Shown here one piece after another: positions 1 through 8,383 of a DNA stretch of 32,000 bases; position 1 is the first letter of the stretch; every line of letters starts with the position of its first letter. The DNA is taken from positions 1,200,001 through 1,232,000 of the forward strand of contig OX638337.1 of the NCBI GenBank assembly GCA_951812855.1, written 5' to 3'. A program made the translations under genes and the position numbers. This DNA is from an uncultured Lentisphaeria bacterium. Its GTDB lineage: Bacteria > Verrucomicrobiota > Lentisphaeria > JABSQK01 > JAJFLO01. The notes beneath the pieces were generated by a model that did no database searches, was not told the origin of the DNA, and saw nothing but the letters and a program-made list of their open reading frames with translations.

Positions 1-72
1 TACAGGGTTCAGAATACACAGGAAAAGTTACAATACCCCCGGTTATAAACATAACACAATCCCGATTGAGTG

Positions 73-108
73 AAAAAAAGCAGCAGACGATTAGAAACCG
101 TCTGCTGC
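73..108 (-). terminator. Rho-independent terminator (minus strand)
   Basis: Perfect 10-bp stem (80-89 GCAGCAGACG / 99-108 CGTCTGCTGC) with a 9-nt loop. The plus-strand A7 at 73-79 gives a T7 tail directly after the stem on the minus strand. It lies 13 nt downstream of the stop of the flagellin-like ORF. Confidence 0.8.
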
Positions 109-121
109 TTAAAGTGTGGTT

Positions 122-289
122 TTAATTTATCCTGAAAGCTGTAATACTTGAGCCGGCTAATTGATTTGCCTGTGCCAACATTGTATTTCCAGCCTGAGTT
201 AGGATTTGAGCATCGGCAAGACTGGTTGATTCCCGTGCCATGTCAACACCTCTTATGCCCTGTTCTGCTGTACGCAGATTAACTTGCAT
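122..289 (-). pseudogene. Orphan flagellin C-terminal (D0 helix) fragment, 55 codons; absent from the ORF track because it is short
   Basis: My translation is MQVNLRTAEQGIRGVDMARESTSLADAQILTQAGNTMLAQANQLAGSSITAFRIN. It matches the conserved flagellin C-terminus (pattern NL..A.SRI.D.D.A.E....QIL.QAG...LAQANQ). An in-frame TAG lies 8 codons upstream of the ATG, and I saw no flagellin-like coding further upstream. GGGGG lies 8 nt before the ATG and a strong terminator follows the stop. Confidence 0.6.
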
Positions 290-625
290 TTTTCTAACCC
301 CCTGTTTTGCTTTCTAATTTTCCCTGGTACGTATAATTTATAATTTGTAATTATTATTCGAAGATATCCATTATCCCGTTACTTTTTTCATCTCTCGATG
401 ACCAATTGGTGTCTGAGCAACATCATTACTGATTATATTTTATTTCAAAATCAAATTACATAATTATCTGAATTTGAAGGAATTAAAATTTATAAAAATT
501 TATTTATCACTGTCTGAAAATTAAAAATCATAAAATATTGTTTTTTGTAAACGGCAATTTTCCCCGGATATAAGGAAAAGGGTTAGAACCGCAGGAACAG
601 CTGTCAGAGAATTTGGAGACAAATA

Positions 626-1927
626 ATGAATGCAATAAATCCACAAGCACAAAAACTCAACGAGACTATTGAAGCATCAAATCCGCATATACTGAATATG
701 TTGTCGGATAAAGGGAAAGGTATCTTTTTCCCTGAAAAGGGAATCTTAGCACAATCTGCTGATGCGAAGGGAAAAGAAATTAATGCTACAATTGGAATTG
801 CCCTGGAAGAAGATGGGTCACCATTGAGCCTGGATTCTATTAGCGAATTAATCAGCGTGGACAAAGGTAATGCGTTTCCCTATGCACCGAGTTATGGTCG
901 TCCTGATATTAGAAAAACCTGGAAAAAAATGATTTACAGCAAGAATCCGGGGTTGGGATCAATTTGTATCAGTGATCCGGTAGTAACAAATGCATTAACT
1001 CATGGTTTAAGCATGTGCGGATACCTCTTCGGCAACAGCGGGGATAATATTTATATATCAGATTTATACTGGGGCAATTACAGGCTCATATTTAATAACG
1101 GTTATGGAATTAACTTTATTACGTATTCCACATTTTCCGGAGACAGCCTGGACATTGATGCTTTTCGTAATGCATTGACAGACGGTCGTCCGACAAAACG
1201 TATTGTTTCACTGAATTTCCCGAATAATCCAACCGGATATACACCCACTGAAAAAGAAATGCAGGAAATCACCTCAATACTTATAGAATCTGCTGAAGCA
1301 GGAAATAATATCGTTGCCCTGATCGATGATGCCTATTTTGGATTAGTTTACGAAAACGGAATTGCAAGAGAATCTATTTTCACCTGTCTGGCAAATGCTC
1401 ATCAACGCATATTAGCCGTTAAAATTGATGGTGCAACAAAAGAAGACTATGTCTGGGGCTTCCGTGTCGGCTTTCTCACATTTGGCGTAAAAGATGGCAC
1501 CCCCCTGCTCTACTCAGCATTAGAGGCCAAAACAGCGGGTGCTATAAGAGGTAATATCTCTAATAGTTCCAATCTGTCACAATCACTTCTGAACAGTGCG
1601 TATTGTTCAGAGAATTATGTGAATCAAAAAAATGAAAAATTCAGAACCTTACAAAACAGGTACCAAAAAATTAAAGATATTTTGAACTCACATCCTGAAT
1701 ATAAAGACACATTTACTCCGTTACCTTTTAATTCTGGATATTTCATGTGTTTAACGGCCAAAAACGCGGACGCGGAAGCAGTAAGACAAAAACTTCTTAA
1801 AGATTTTTCAACGGGTATTATCGCATCCAATAATGTCCTGAGAATTGCATTTTCTTCGACACCGACAACCCTTCTTGAAAAACTGTTCGACAATATATAC
1901 CTTGCTATAAAATCAATTCAAAATTAG
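626..1927 (+). CDS. PLP-dependent aminotransferase, class I/II (aspartate aminotransferase-like)
   Basis: 433-aa ORF with GGAG 7 nt upstream of the ATG. Motifs SLNFPNNPTGYTP and DDAYFGLVYE, and a K-containing segment GATKEDYVWGFRVGF, are typical of fold-type I aminotransferases. Confidence 0.85.
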   Translation: MNAINPQAQKLNETIEASNPHILNMLSDKGKGIFFPEKGILAQSADAKGKEINATIGIALEEDGSPLSLDSISELISVDKGNAFPYAPSYGRPDIRKTWKKMIYSKNPGLGSICISDPVVTNALTHGLSMCGYLFGNSGDNIYISDLYWGNYRLIFNNGYGINFITYSTFSGDSLDIDAFRNALTDGRPTKRIVSLNFPNNPTGYTPTEKEMQEITSILIESAEAGNNIVALIDDAYFGLVYENGIARESIFTCLANAHQRILAVKIDGATKEDYVWGFRVGFLTFGVKDGTPLLYSALEAKTAGAIRGNISNSSNLSQSLLNSAYCSENYVNQKNEKFRTLQNRYQKIKDILNSHPEYKDTFTPLPFNSGYFMCLTAKNADAEAVRQKLLKDFSTGIIASNNVLRIAFSSTPTTLLEKLFDNIYLAIKSIQN

Positions 1928-1948
1928 ACTAGACCATTAATTTTGACT

Positions 1949-2022
1949 TACCCCGTGGTGTAATGGCAGCACAACAGTTTTTGGTACTGTTTGTCCTGGT
2001 TCGAATCCAGGCGGGGTAGCCA
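1949..2022 (+). tRNA. tRNA-Gln (anticodon UUG), CCA encoded
   Basis: Hand-folded cloverleaf. Acceptor stem 1949-1955 TACCCCG pairs with 2012-2018 CGGGGTA. D stem is GTGT/GCAC. Anticodon stem is ACAGT/ACTGT with loop TTTTGGT, giving anticodon TTG at 1981-1983. T arm is CCTGG-TTCGAAT-CCAGG. Discriminator is G, followed by CCA. Total 74 nt. Confidence 0.9.
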
Positions 2023-2241
2023 CTTCACAATCCCATGCCTAAAGCCTAAGTCCCGACAAGAAAATTTAAGGTTTCGATGTAAACAGGGTTAATTATTAAC
2101 CAGAGTATAATAATCTGTTCTTTGACTATATCTTATACAATGTCTATCCGGAAATAGCGATTTTTGCTTTAGCATAGTGATGCGGCCACATTGCCTTCAT
2201 ACTATATTGGAGCTGATTGTATACTCTTCATACGTTCGTAA

Positions 2242-2547
2242 TTTCGGGACAGACACTTTATTATACAAGTCTGTTTTTGTGGGCCCCGAATTAACGACGC
2301 CGGGGAAGCCTCAACCTACAATTTACTCTCCTCCATAGCAAATCACCATAATATAACGTTGCAAGATGACTTCTTTCCAAAGGTTCCTCTTATGCAAAGA
2401 GCAAAACGGGTTATTATTACTGGCGATCCGAAACAGTTAAAGCATGTTTCTTTTTTATCATGTGCCCGTCAGGAGATGGCAAAGCAAAAACATGGAATTA
2501 CGGGTTGTCTGATCAGGGTCGATGCCCGGGGGAGTTCTTTGATTTAA
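2242..2547 (+). pseudogene. Fragment of a superfamily-1 (Upf1/AAA_11-AAA_12-like) helicase gene
   Basis: The open frame contains ...QDDFFPKVPLMQRAKRVIITGDPKQLKHVSFLS..., which resembles the SF1 helicase motif II-III region (DEAxQ ... RA.R.I.VGD.KQL). Both ends of a helicase are missing: no Walker A, no C-terminal motifs. The only start is a TTG at 2359 with no SD. Confidence 0.45.
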
Positions 2548-2581
2548 TGAGGATAAAAAATGGAAAGGTCAGTTAACAGGA

Positions 2582-3796
2582 ATGCCCGATAATATACCAA
2601 CAACCACCTGCAGCGCAGTATTATGCAGATATGATGAAATTGCCCTCAAAGGCGGCAATCGAATGCGATTTGAGAATCAATTGATCGCAAATATTAAAAA
2701 GGTTTTAACTCCTGCTGTAAACCTGCATTTAATCCGTGTACGCGGCCGAATATTATTCAGGTTTGACGAACTGCCCGAACCAACAATTACAGCAGCAGTT
2801 GCAAAACTGAAAAAAGTATTTGGACTGGCTTCTTTTTCACCGGGGTGTCTTATTGAGTCCTCCCTTGAAATGATAGAACAAACTGCTCTATCACATTTTC
2901 AACATACGTATTCACAATTATCAACGACCGACCGTGGTTCAATTTCATTTCGAATCAGGGTTCGTCGAAGTGATAAGCAATTCCCGTTTTCATCGAATGA
3001 CATGGAAATTAAAATTGCGGATCAAATTCTGAAAAACTACCCAAATTTAAACGTTAATTTAAGAAATGCAGATATCACAACAGGAGTCGAAATAAGAAAA
3101 GAATGGACCTTTGTTTTCTCAGAAAAAATCCAGGGACCGGGAGGGTTACCTTCCGGCAGTAATAATGGTGCACTTGCATTATTGTCAGGCGGCATTGATT
3201 CACCTGTTGCCTGCTATATGGTCATGAAACGAGGCTGTCCGCTTCACTTTTTAACATTCCACAGTTATCCATATATACCCGGGGAGAGTGTGGACAAAGT
3301 GGCTCGGATCGTTAATGTGTTAAATTCATACCAGTTAAACGGTCGATTATATGCATGCAATCTTGCGGAATCACAAAAAGTCATTCGTGATAATTGTACG
3401 GCAAAATTCAGAACGATTTTATATCGCAGATTAATGATGAAAATCGCAACAAATTTAGCTGAATCCTTGAATTTAAATGCAATCGTAACAGGGGAATCTA
3501 TCGGTCAAGTCGCCAGCCAGACTATGGCAAATTTGAATTCTATTAATCATGTAACTGATTTGTTGGTCCTGCGCCCATTGGTCGGGATGGATAAAGTTGA
3601 AATCATTGAGAAGGCAAAGAGGGTTGGAACCTATACACTGTCTCAGGAAAATTGCCCGGACAGCTGCACAGTATTCGCACCGAACAGACCTGCAACTACG
3701 TCACAAATAACACGTTTGGAGCAAGAAGAATCGAAAACCAATCCTCAGGATTTACTTACAGGATCAATGGCAAACATTAAACAAATCAGCGTCTAA
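2582..3796 (+). CDS. thiI: tRNA 4-thiouridine(8) synthase ThiI (short form, no rhodanese domain)
   Basis: 404 aa. The N-terminal region is THUMP-like, and the PP-loop motif LLSGGIDSPVACYM is present. Length and layout fit the short form of ThiI. Confidence 0.9.
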   Translation: MPDNIPTTTCSAVLCRYDEIALKGGNRMRFENQLIANIKKVLTPAVNLHLIRVRGRILFRFDELPEPTITAAVAKLKKVFGLASFSPGCLIESSLEMIEQTALSHFQHTYSQLSTTDRGSISFRIRVRRSDKQFPFSSNDMEIKIADQILKNYPNLNVNLRNADITTGVEIRKEWTFVFSEKIQGPGGLPSGSNNGALALLSGGIDSPVACYMVMKRGCPLHFLTFHSYPYIPGESVDKVARIVNVLNSYQLNGRLYACNLAESQKVIRDNCTAKFRTILYRRLMMKIATNLAESLNLNAIVTGESIGQVASQTMANLNSINHVTDLLVLRPLVGMDKVEIIEKAKRVGTYTLSQENCPDSCTVFAPNRPATTSQITRLEQEESKTNPQDLLTGSMANIKQISV

Positions 3797-3944
3797 ATTC
3801 ATCTTCTATGAACATTGCAGTTCCATTTATTTTACTATTACGGGGGATTGGGACTACAGTAAGCCTGCTATACATATAATTTTCTGGTTGAACAGGAGCA
3901 TTCAAGTTAATAAATAGAGATCACGTGCTCAAAGCACCAGGCCC

Positions 3945-5975
3945 TTGATCAAAAATCTATTCATTGATGGAAAAATTATGTTACAAAATGACTTAACTCC
4001 GGAAAATTTCAAAGAAAAAATCTTGACCTATTTTGACGATTCTTCACCTCTAATTGATGCACCGTCTTTCGGGGGACAGCCATACGAAGATCGTCCACAA
4101 CAAAAAATAATGGCAAGAGAGATTGCCGAGAGTTTATATGAAAAATATCACCTTTGTGTTGAGGCAGCCACAGGCACAGGAAAAAGCTTTGCGTATCTAA
4201 TACCCGCGATTCATTACGCACATTATATAAAAAAACCAGTTGTCATTGCGACGCATACCATTGCACTTCAGGAACAACTGATTAATAAAGACATTCCCAT
4301 TTTAAAAAACCTGCTGAATATTGATTTTACAGTGGCTCTTGCAAAAGGCAGAGAAAACTATCTATGTCTAAAACGGCTTAAAAACCTCGGCGACAATATA
4401 CATGAATTACTTCCCTCAGATAAACTTATTCCTGAATTTAAACGACTTCAGCAATGGTCAATGGATTCAGACGATGGTACACGATCAGATTTAGAATTTA
4501 AACCAACAGATCAACTTTGGTCTCTTGTATGCAATGAATTAGGCGGATGTAACAACGAGTTCTCAGGAGCCAATAAGCACTGCTTCTTTTTGAAAGCCAG
4601 AAAGCAACTCTATACAGCTGATATTATCATAGCAAATCATGCCCTTTACTGTTCCGACCTGGCGTTACGCCTGGAATCGAATTTCACACAGAAAGTTCTA
4701 CCTGATTATCACGCTGTAATTATTGACGAAGCACATTCATTTGAGGAAACAGCAGCAACCCATTTGGGAATACGAGTCAGCCGCCTGGGTATTTTTTATT
4801 TGCTAAATCGTCTGTTCAATCCGAGAACAAATCGAGGATTTTTAGTTAAGTCAGGTCTACTCAATGCACGGATGGCCTGCATCCAGGCACGTGAAAATAT
4901 CGATAGTTTTTTCAAAAAACTGGAAATCTGGTTAGATCAACAATCCCAAAATCCACTTGTTTACAATACCCCCGGTCATATTCCCAATACCTTTAAACAT
5001 TCCTGGACAGTTTTCCTGTTAGAACTGCAAAATATTATTGATGACGATGAGTTTGATGGTGATTTCAAACTTGAAATTGACAATTTCCGCAACAGACTCT
5101 CAAGGTTTTATGAAGGGGTTGATATCTTCCTTAATGTAAAATTAGATCAATTTGTATACTGGTTTGACATTGAGGGAAAAGGTCAACGTAACATCATCTT
5201 AAATGCCGTTCCTCTCAAGACGAATGAAATTCTAAAAAATGTTATGTTTAATCAAAATTTTTCTGTCATAATGACCAGTGCTACTCTCGCCTACAAAAAT
5301 GATCTCTCACATTTTCAACACAGAACAGGAGTTGATAATGCACTGGGTATCATTCTGGATACACCGTTTGATTATAAAAACAATGTCGATCTTTATGTCC
5401 CTTTTAGTAAAATTCCTGACCCCGGATCAGAAAATTATAGTGCCGCAGTGAGCAAATATATTAAAGAGTTTATCATAAAATCAAATGGCAAAGCATTTGT
5501 ACTTTTCACCAGTTACTCGGCGATGGATTCCGCGGCAATAGAATTGAAGGATTTTTTTGATATTAACAAAATCAAATTATTAATTCAAGGCCATGAATTA
5601 CCACGCAGCAAAATGATCGAGATTTTTCGTACCGATGTAAACTCGGTTATTTTCGGTACAGCCAGTTTTTGGGAAGGAATAGATATACCAGGTCAATCGC
5701 TTAGTAATGTTATAATTGTAAAATTACCGTTTTCGGTTCCAACTCATCCACTTGTTCATGCAAAACAGGAAATGATAAAAGCTGAAGGAGGAAATCCGTT
5801 TAATAACTATTTTTTACCTGACGCTGTATTAAAATTTCGTCAGGGCGTCGGTCGCCTGGTTCGATCAAAATATGATACGGGAATGATTGTCGTATTAGAT
5901 CCCAGAATTATTACCAGTAATTATGGGAAAGTATTTCTTGAATCTATTCCCGACTGCCGGCGTCATATATTTTAA
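3945..5975 (+). CDS. dinG: DinG/Rad3-family ATP-dependent DNA helicase (Fe-S type)
   Basis: Walker A EAATGTGKSFAYLIPA and DEAH box VIIDEAHSFEE. A four-Cys cluster region (YLCLKR ... VCNELGGCNNEFSGANKHCFF) fits an Fe-S helicase. The track start at 3945 is TTG; the in-frame ATG at 3978 (MLQNDL) is an alternative start. Confidence 0.85.
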   Translation: MIKNLFIDGKIMLQNDLTPENFKEKILTYFDDSSPLIDAPSFGGQPYEDRPQQKIMAREIAESLYEKYHLCVEAATGTGKSFAYLIPAIHYAHYIKKPVVIATHTIALQEQLINKDIPILKNLLNIDFTVALAKGRENYLCLKRLKNLGDNIHELLPSDKLIPEFKRLQQWSMDSDDGTRSDLEFKPTDQLWSLVCNELGGCNNEFSGANKHCFFLKARKQLYTADIIIANHALYCSDLALRLESNFTQKVLPDYHAVIIDEAHSFEETAATHLGIRVSRLGIFYLLNRLFNPRTNRGFLVKSGLLNARMACIQARENIDSFFKKLEIWLDQQSQNPLVYNTPGHIPNTFKHSWTVFLLELQNIIDDDEFDGDFKLEIDNFRNRLSRFYEGVDIFLNVKLDQFVYWFDIEGKGQRNIILNAVPLKTNEILKNVMFNQNFSVIMTSATLAYKNDLSHFQHRTGVDNALGIILDTPFDYKNNVDLYVPFSKIPDPGSENYSAAVSKYIKEFIIKSNGKAFVLFTSYSAMDSAAIELKDFFDINKIKLLIQGHELPRSKMIEIFRTDVNSVIFGTASFWEGIDIPGQSLSNVIIVKLPFSVPTHPLVHAKQEMIKAEGGNPFNNYFLPDAVLKFRQGVGRLVRSKYDTGMIVVLDPRIITSNYGKVFLESIPDCRRHIF

Positions 5976-6084
5976 ATCATACTGACACAAACACCTTTTT
6001 TTTAATGCGACAATATGACACGAATCCATTATTTCTCAACCTCCCCTAATTAATTATATCCAGCCTGATATCAATAAATTACAA

Positions 6085-6115
6085 CTTGGAAATCTTAACC
6101 TGGCATAATCCATGT
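6085..6115 (+). promoter_or_regulatory. Candidate heat-shock (sigma-32-like) promoter upstream of the hsp20 pair
   Basis: CTTGGA (6085-6090), 17 nt, then ATCCATGT (6108-6115), compared with the E. coli sigma-32 consensus CTTGAA-N13-17-CCCCATNT. It lies about 75 nt upstream of the hsp20 start. This is a pattern match only, and whether the organism has a sigma-32 is unknown. Confidence 0.25.
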
Positions 6116-6189
6116 TAATCAATTGGCAAAGTCCAGCTGGATGTCTTAAAACAACTAAAATTAAAATTTTCAACCAAAGGAGATACAAA

Positions 6190-6630
6190 ATGTACTGGTT
6201 AAATAATCGTTTTTTTAATGAACTGTCTGGTTTAGATCTGTTATTAAATGATTTGGATCAAACATCAACACGCTGGCGAAACCGCAAGCATAACTGTTCT
6301 ACAGGGTTTCCAAAAGTAAATGTATGGAAAAACAATGAGGCTGTTGTTGTGACAACTGAGCTGCCGGGTGTCGGGCCATCTGAAATTGATCTGAAAGCCC
6401 ACCCGGATCGACTCATAATTAAAGGTGAGAGAATTGGCCGAACACGATCGAATGGTGATGGTTATCAAAGATCAGAACGTTCAATTGGAAAATTTCATCG
6501 TGAAGTGAACCTTCCATCTCGGATCAATCCGAAAAGTGTAACAGCCGAAGCTAAAGATGGTATATTACGCATTAATTTAGCACGTGCAGAAGAAGATAAA
6601 CCAAAACAGATCTCAATAAAATCAGCTTAA
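6190..6630 (+). CDS. Small heat-shock protein, Hsp20/alpha-crystallin family
   Basis: Alpha-crystallin domain signatures VNVWKNNEAVVVTTELPGV and AEAKDGILRINL. I place the start at the ATG at 6190 (MYWLNN) because AAAGGAG precedes it. The track's upstream extension to 6112 has no SD. Confidence 0.85.
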   Translation: MYWLNNRFFNELSGLDLLLNDLDQTSTRWRNRKHNCSTGFPKVNVWKNNEAVVVTTELPGVGPSEIDLKAHPDRLIIKGERIGRTRSNGDGYQRSERSIGKFHREVNLPSRINPKSVTAEAKDGILRINLARAEEDKPKQISIKSA

Positions 6631-6652
6631 TATAATAAAAGGAGGTATCAAA

Positions 6653-7039
6653 ATGAGTAATGCCCTACAAAAATCAGATTCCGCAGCATTTGATACTGCA
6701 GTTAATCACTATGTTTATACACCAAAGGTTGATATTTGGGAAACAGAAGCAGGATTCAACCTGGAGGTTGAAATGCCGGGTGTCGATCAACAGGGTGTAA
6801 ATGTAAACCTTGAAGATGGAATTTTAAGTATTATTGGCCGTATTCAACCAAAAGACTCTGATAATTATGAAAAAGTCTACACCGAATACGATGAAGGAAA
6901 TTATGAACGTCAATTTCAAATTTCCGAAATTATAGAAGAAGATAAAATCCAGGCATCAATCAAAGATGGTGTCCTTGAAATCTCTTTACCTAAAAAAGAG
7001 GCAGTAAAACCAAAACAGATAAAAGTAAACGTTGGATAA
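6653..7039 (+). CDS. Small heat-shock protein, Hsp20/alpha-crystallin family (second copy)
   Basis: 128 aa with AAAGGAGG 7 nt upstream. Signatures VDIWETEAGFNLEVEMPGV and ASIKDGVLEISLPK. It sits 22 nt after the first hsp20, so the two are probably co-transcribed. Confidence 0.9.
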   Translation: MSNALQKSDSAAFDTAVNHYVYTPKVDIWETEAGFNLEVEMPGVDQQGVNVNLEDGILSIIGRIQPKDSDNYEKVYTEYDEGNYERQFQISEIIEEDKIQASIKDGVLEISLPKKEAVKPKQIKVNVG

Positions 7040-7074
7040 CTCTAAATTGTCAACATTCTGGGTTTATAAAAAAA

Positions 7075-7097
7075 GCGGCTTGCAAGCTGCTTTTTTT
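7075..7097 (+). terminator. Rho-independent terminator after the hsp20 pair
   Basis: Stem GCGGC (7075-7079) pairs with GCTGC (7086-7090) with one G-U pair, loop TTGCAA, followed by T7 (7091-7097). An A-run precedes the stem, so it could act bidirectionally. Confidence 0.7.
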
Positions 7098-7205
7098 ATA
7101 GTAAACAACATTTATAGTAAGAATTCATGTTAAAATTTAATGTCATATACAAATACCTTGACAAAATTGATACGATAACAAGAGATTAGTGAAAGGAAAT
7201 TTATA

Positions 7206-7901
7206 ATGTTTTATTTTGATCCATTATATTTTGCATTTATTCTCCCCGGATTGGGGTTGGCGTTATTCGCCACATTTTTAACAAAAACTACGTTTTCTAA
7301 ATACTCAAACGCAGGTTCAAGTTCCGGAATGACGGGTGCTGAAGCAGCATATCAAATGCTGAAACGAAGCGGTGTTAATGATGTAACCATCGAACCCGTT
7401 CAGGGAATGTTAACGGATCACTATGATCCATCCTCAAGAACCCTCAGGTTATCCGAAAATGTATACAATAGTAATTCCTTATCTGCAATGGGTGTTGCTT
7501 GTCATGAGGCTGGTCATGCACTTCAGCATGCATTTGGTTATCCAATGCTGTCTCTAAGAACAGTCTTAGTTCCTGCCACAAATATATGCAGCACCTTTTA
7601 CGCATGGGTCATCATGTTTGGTTTTTTCTTTCAGTCACGCCCATTGGTTATGGCAGGAGTTGTGATGTGTACCGTTGCCGTTATTTTTGCGGTAGTAACA
7701 CTGCCGGTTGAATGGAATGCAAGTGCCAGAGCAAAAACGGCAATGGTCAATCACGGAATTGTCACGCCAGGTGAAGCCAGTCATGCAGGAAAAGTTCTTA
7801 ATGCGGCATTTTTAACCTATGTTGCTTCCGCCGTAACTGCTATTTTAACATTGTTGTATTATTTATTTAGATTAGGTTTATTAGGCAACAACCGCGATTA
7901 A
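7206..7901 (+). CDS. Membrane zinc metallopeptidase, YugP / Zn_peptidase_2 family
   Basis: 231 aa with an HExxH motif (HEAGHALQH), an N-terminal transmembrane segment and C-terminal hydrophobic helices. This layout is characteristic of the YugP family. Confidence 0.85.
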   Translation: MFYFDPLYFAFILPGLGLALFATFLTKTTFSKYSNAGSSSGMTGAEAAYQMLKRSGVNDVTIEPVQGMLTDHYDPSSRTLRLSENVYNSNSLSAMGVACHEAGHALQHAFGYPMLSLRTVLVPATNICSTFYAWVIMFGFFFQSRPLVMAGVVMCTVAVIFAVVTLPVEWNASARAKTAMVNHGIVTPGEASHAGKVLNAAFLTYVASAVTAILTLLYYLFRLGLLGNNRD

Positions 7902-7922
7902 TTAAATTGACAGCAGCAGGGT

Positions 7923-8351
7923 CTATTCAGAATGGCACTGAGTCAAGGTCTGAAAAGCATGTTTTCGGCTCAGTAAAATTTCCTGACATATGATCCTCAT
8001 ATCTGCCCTCGGTTTGTTCATTAACCAGTATTTTCCGGGTCTTCTTTTTTTAGCTCGGGGTTCGTTGCTGCCGGAACAATCCGGCATTGAGAATCCAGTT
8101 CCAGCAACAACCTTTACATTTCGGCCATACCACAAATCAGTTGCATGTGGCTTTTTCTCCAACTGTTCAACAATTCGTTCAGACAATGCATATAAAAATT
8201 CAAACCGTAAGCGTCGACGTGCCTGATAATAAGTGCTTGTATTTGAACTGGGAATCCGATGTTTCCGGCAATATAAACAGCTCTGTACTTGTTTGACGGC
8301 TTCAGTACATGCTGATCCTGAAAGAAATCTCCCCGCAGATAATACTGTCAT
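7923..8351 (-). pseudogene. Internally deleted IS4-family (DDE_Tnp_1) transposase remnant
   Basis: The N-terminal part (...SSNTSTYYQARRRLRFEFL...WYGRNVKVVAGTGFSMPDCSGSNE) matches the IS4-type pattern S..TgaYCqAR.RLp...L...W.GR.V.lvDGt..SMPDt..N. This is joined directly to EPRAKKRRPGKYWLMNKPRAD, which resembles the conserved C-terminal EPR.VKRRPK.Y.LLTKPR. About 250 aa of catalytic core are missing. The probable first catalytic D (VDG) reads VAG. I saw no terminal inverted repeats. Confidence 0.6.
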
Positions 8352-8383
8352 CTGACTCTATAGCTAACTATAAGAAAAGGTAA

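Noticed and set aside
1-73. Possible gene ends at the window edge: a plus-frame ORF stopping at 71-73, or a minus-strand ATG at 50-52 running off the window
   Set aside because: Fewer than 25 codons are visible in either case, and neither shows a motif. Neither can be supported.
401-410. Perfect 10-bp palindrome ACCAATTGGT and nearby AT-rich short tandem repeats (TATAATTTATAATTT, AAAATTTAT x2) in the 290-625 spacer
   Set aside because: The palindrome is a single occurrence and the repeats are low-complexity AT-rich sequence. There is no second copy or positional relationship to a promoter that would indicate a binding site.
604-864. 86-aa minus-strand ORF overlapping the 5' end of the aminotransferase
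   Set aside because: It is antisense to a well-supported gene, has no motif or SD, and looks like a shadow ORF.
2249-2278. Hairpin ACAGAC-N14-GTCTGT followed by TTTT, downstream of tRNA-Gln
   Set aside because: The stem is only 6 bp with a 14-nt loop. It lies 225 nt from the tRNA and inside the helicase-fragment frame, so it is too weak to call a terminator or small RNA.
6101-6116. Sigma-54-like TGGCAT-N6-TGTT upstream of hsp20
   Set aside because: The -24 GG is present, but the -12 element reads TGT rather than TGC. The same bases are better explained as the -10 of a sigma-32-like promoter, and even that assignment is low confidence.
6112-6189. Upstream extension of the first hsp20 (the track start at 6112)
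   Set aside because: The extension has no SD and adds a non-Hsp20-like leader. The ATG at 6190 is preceded by AAAGGAG and gives a normal-length Hsp20.
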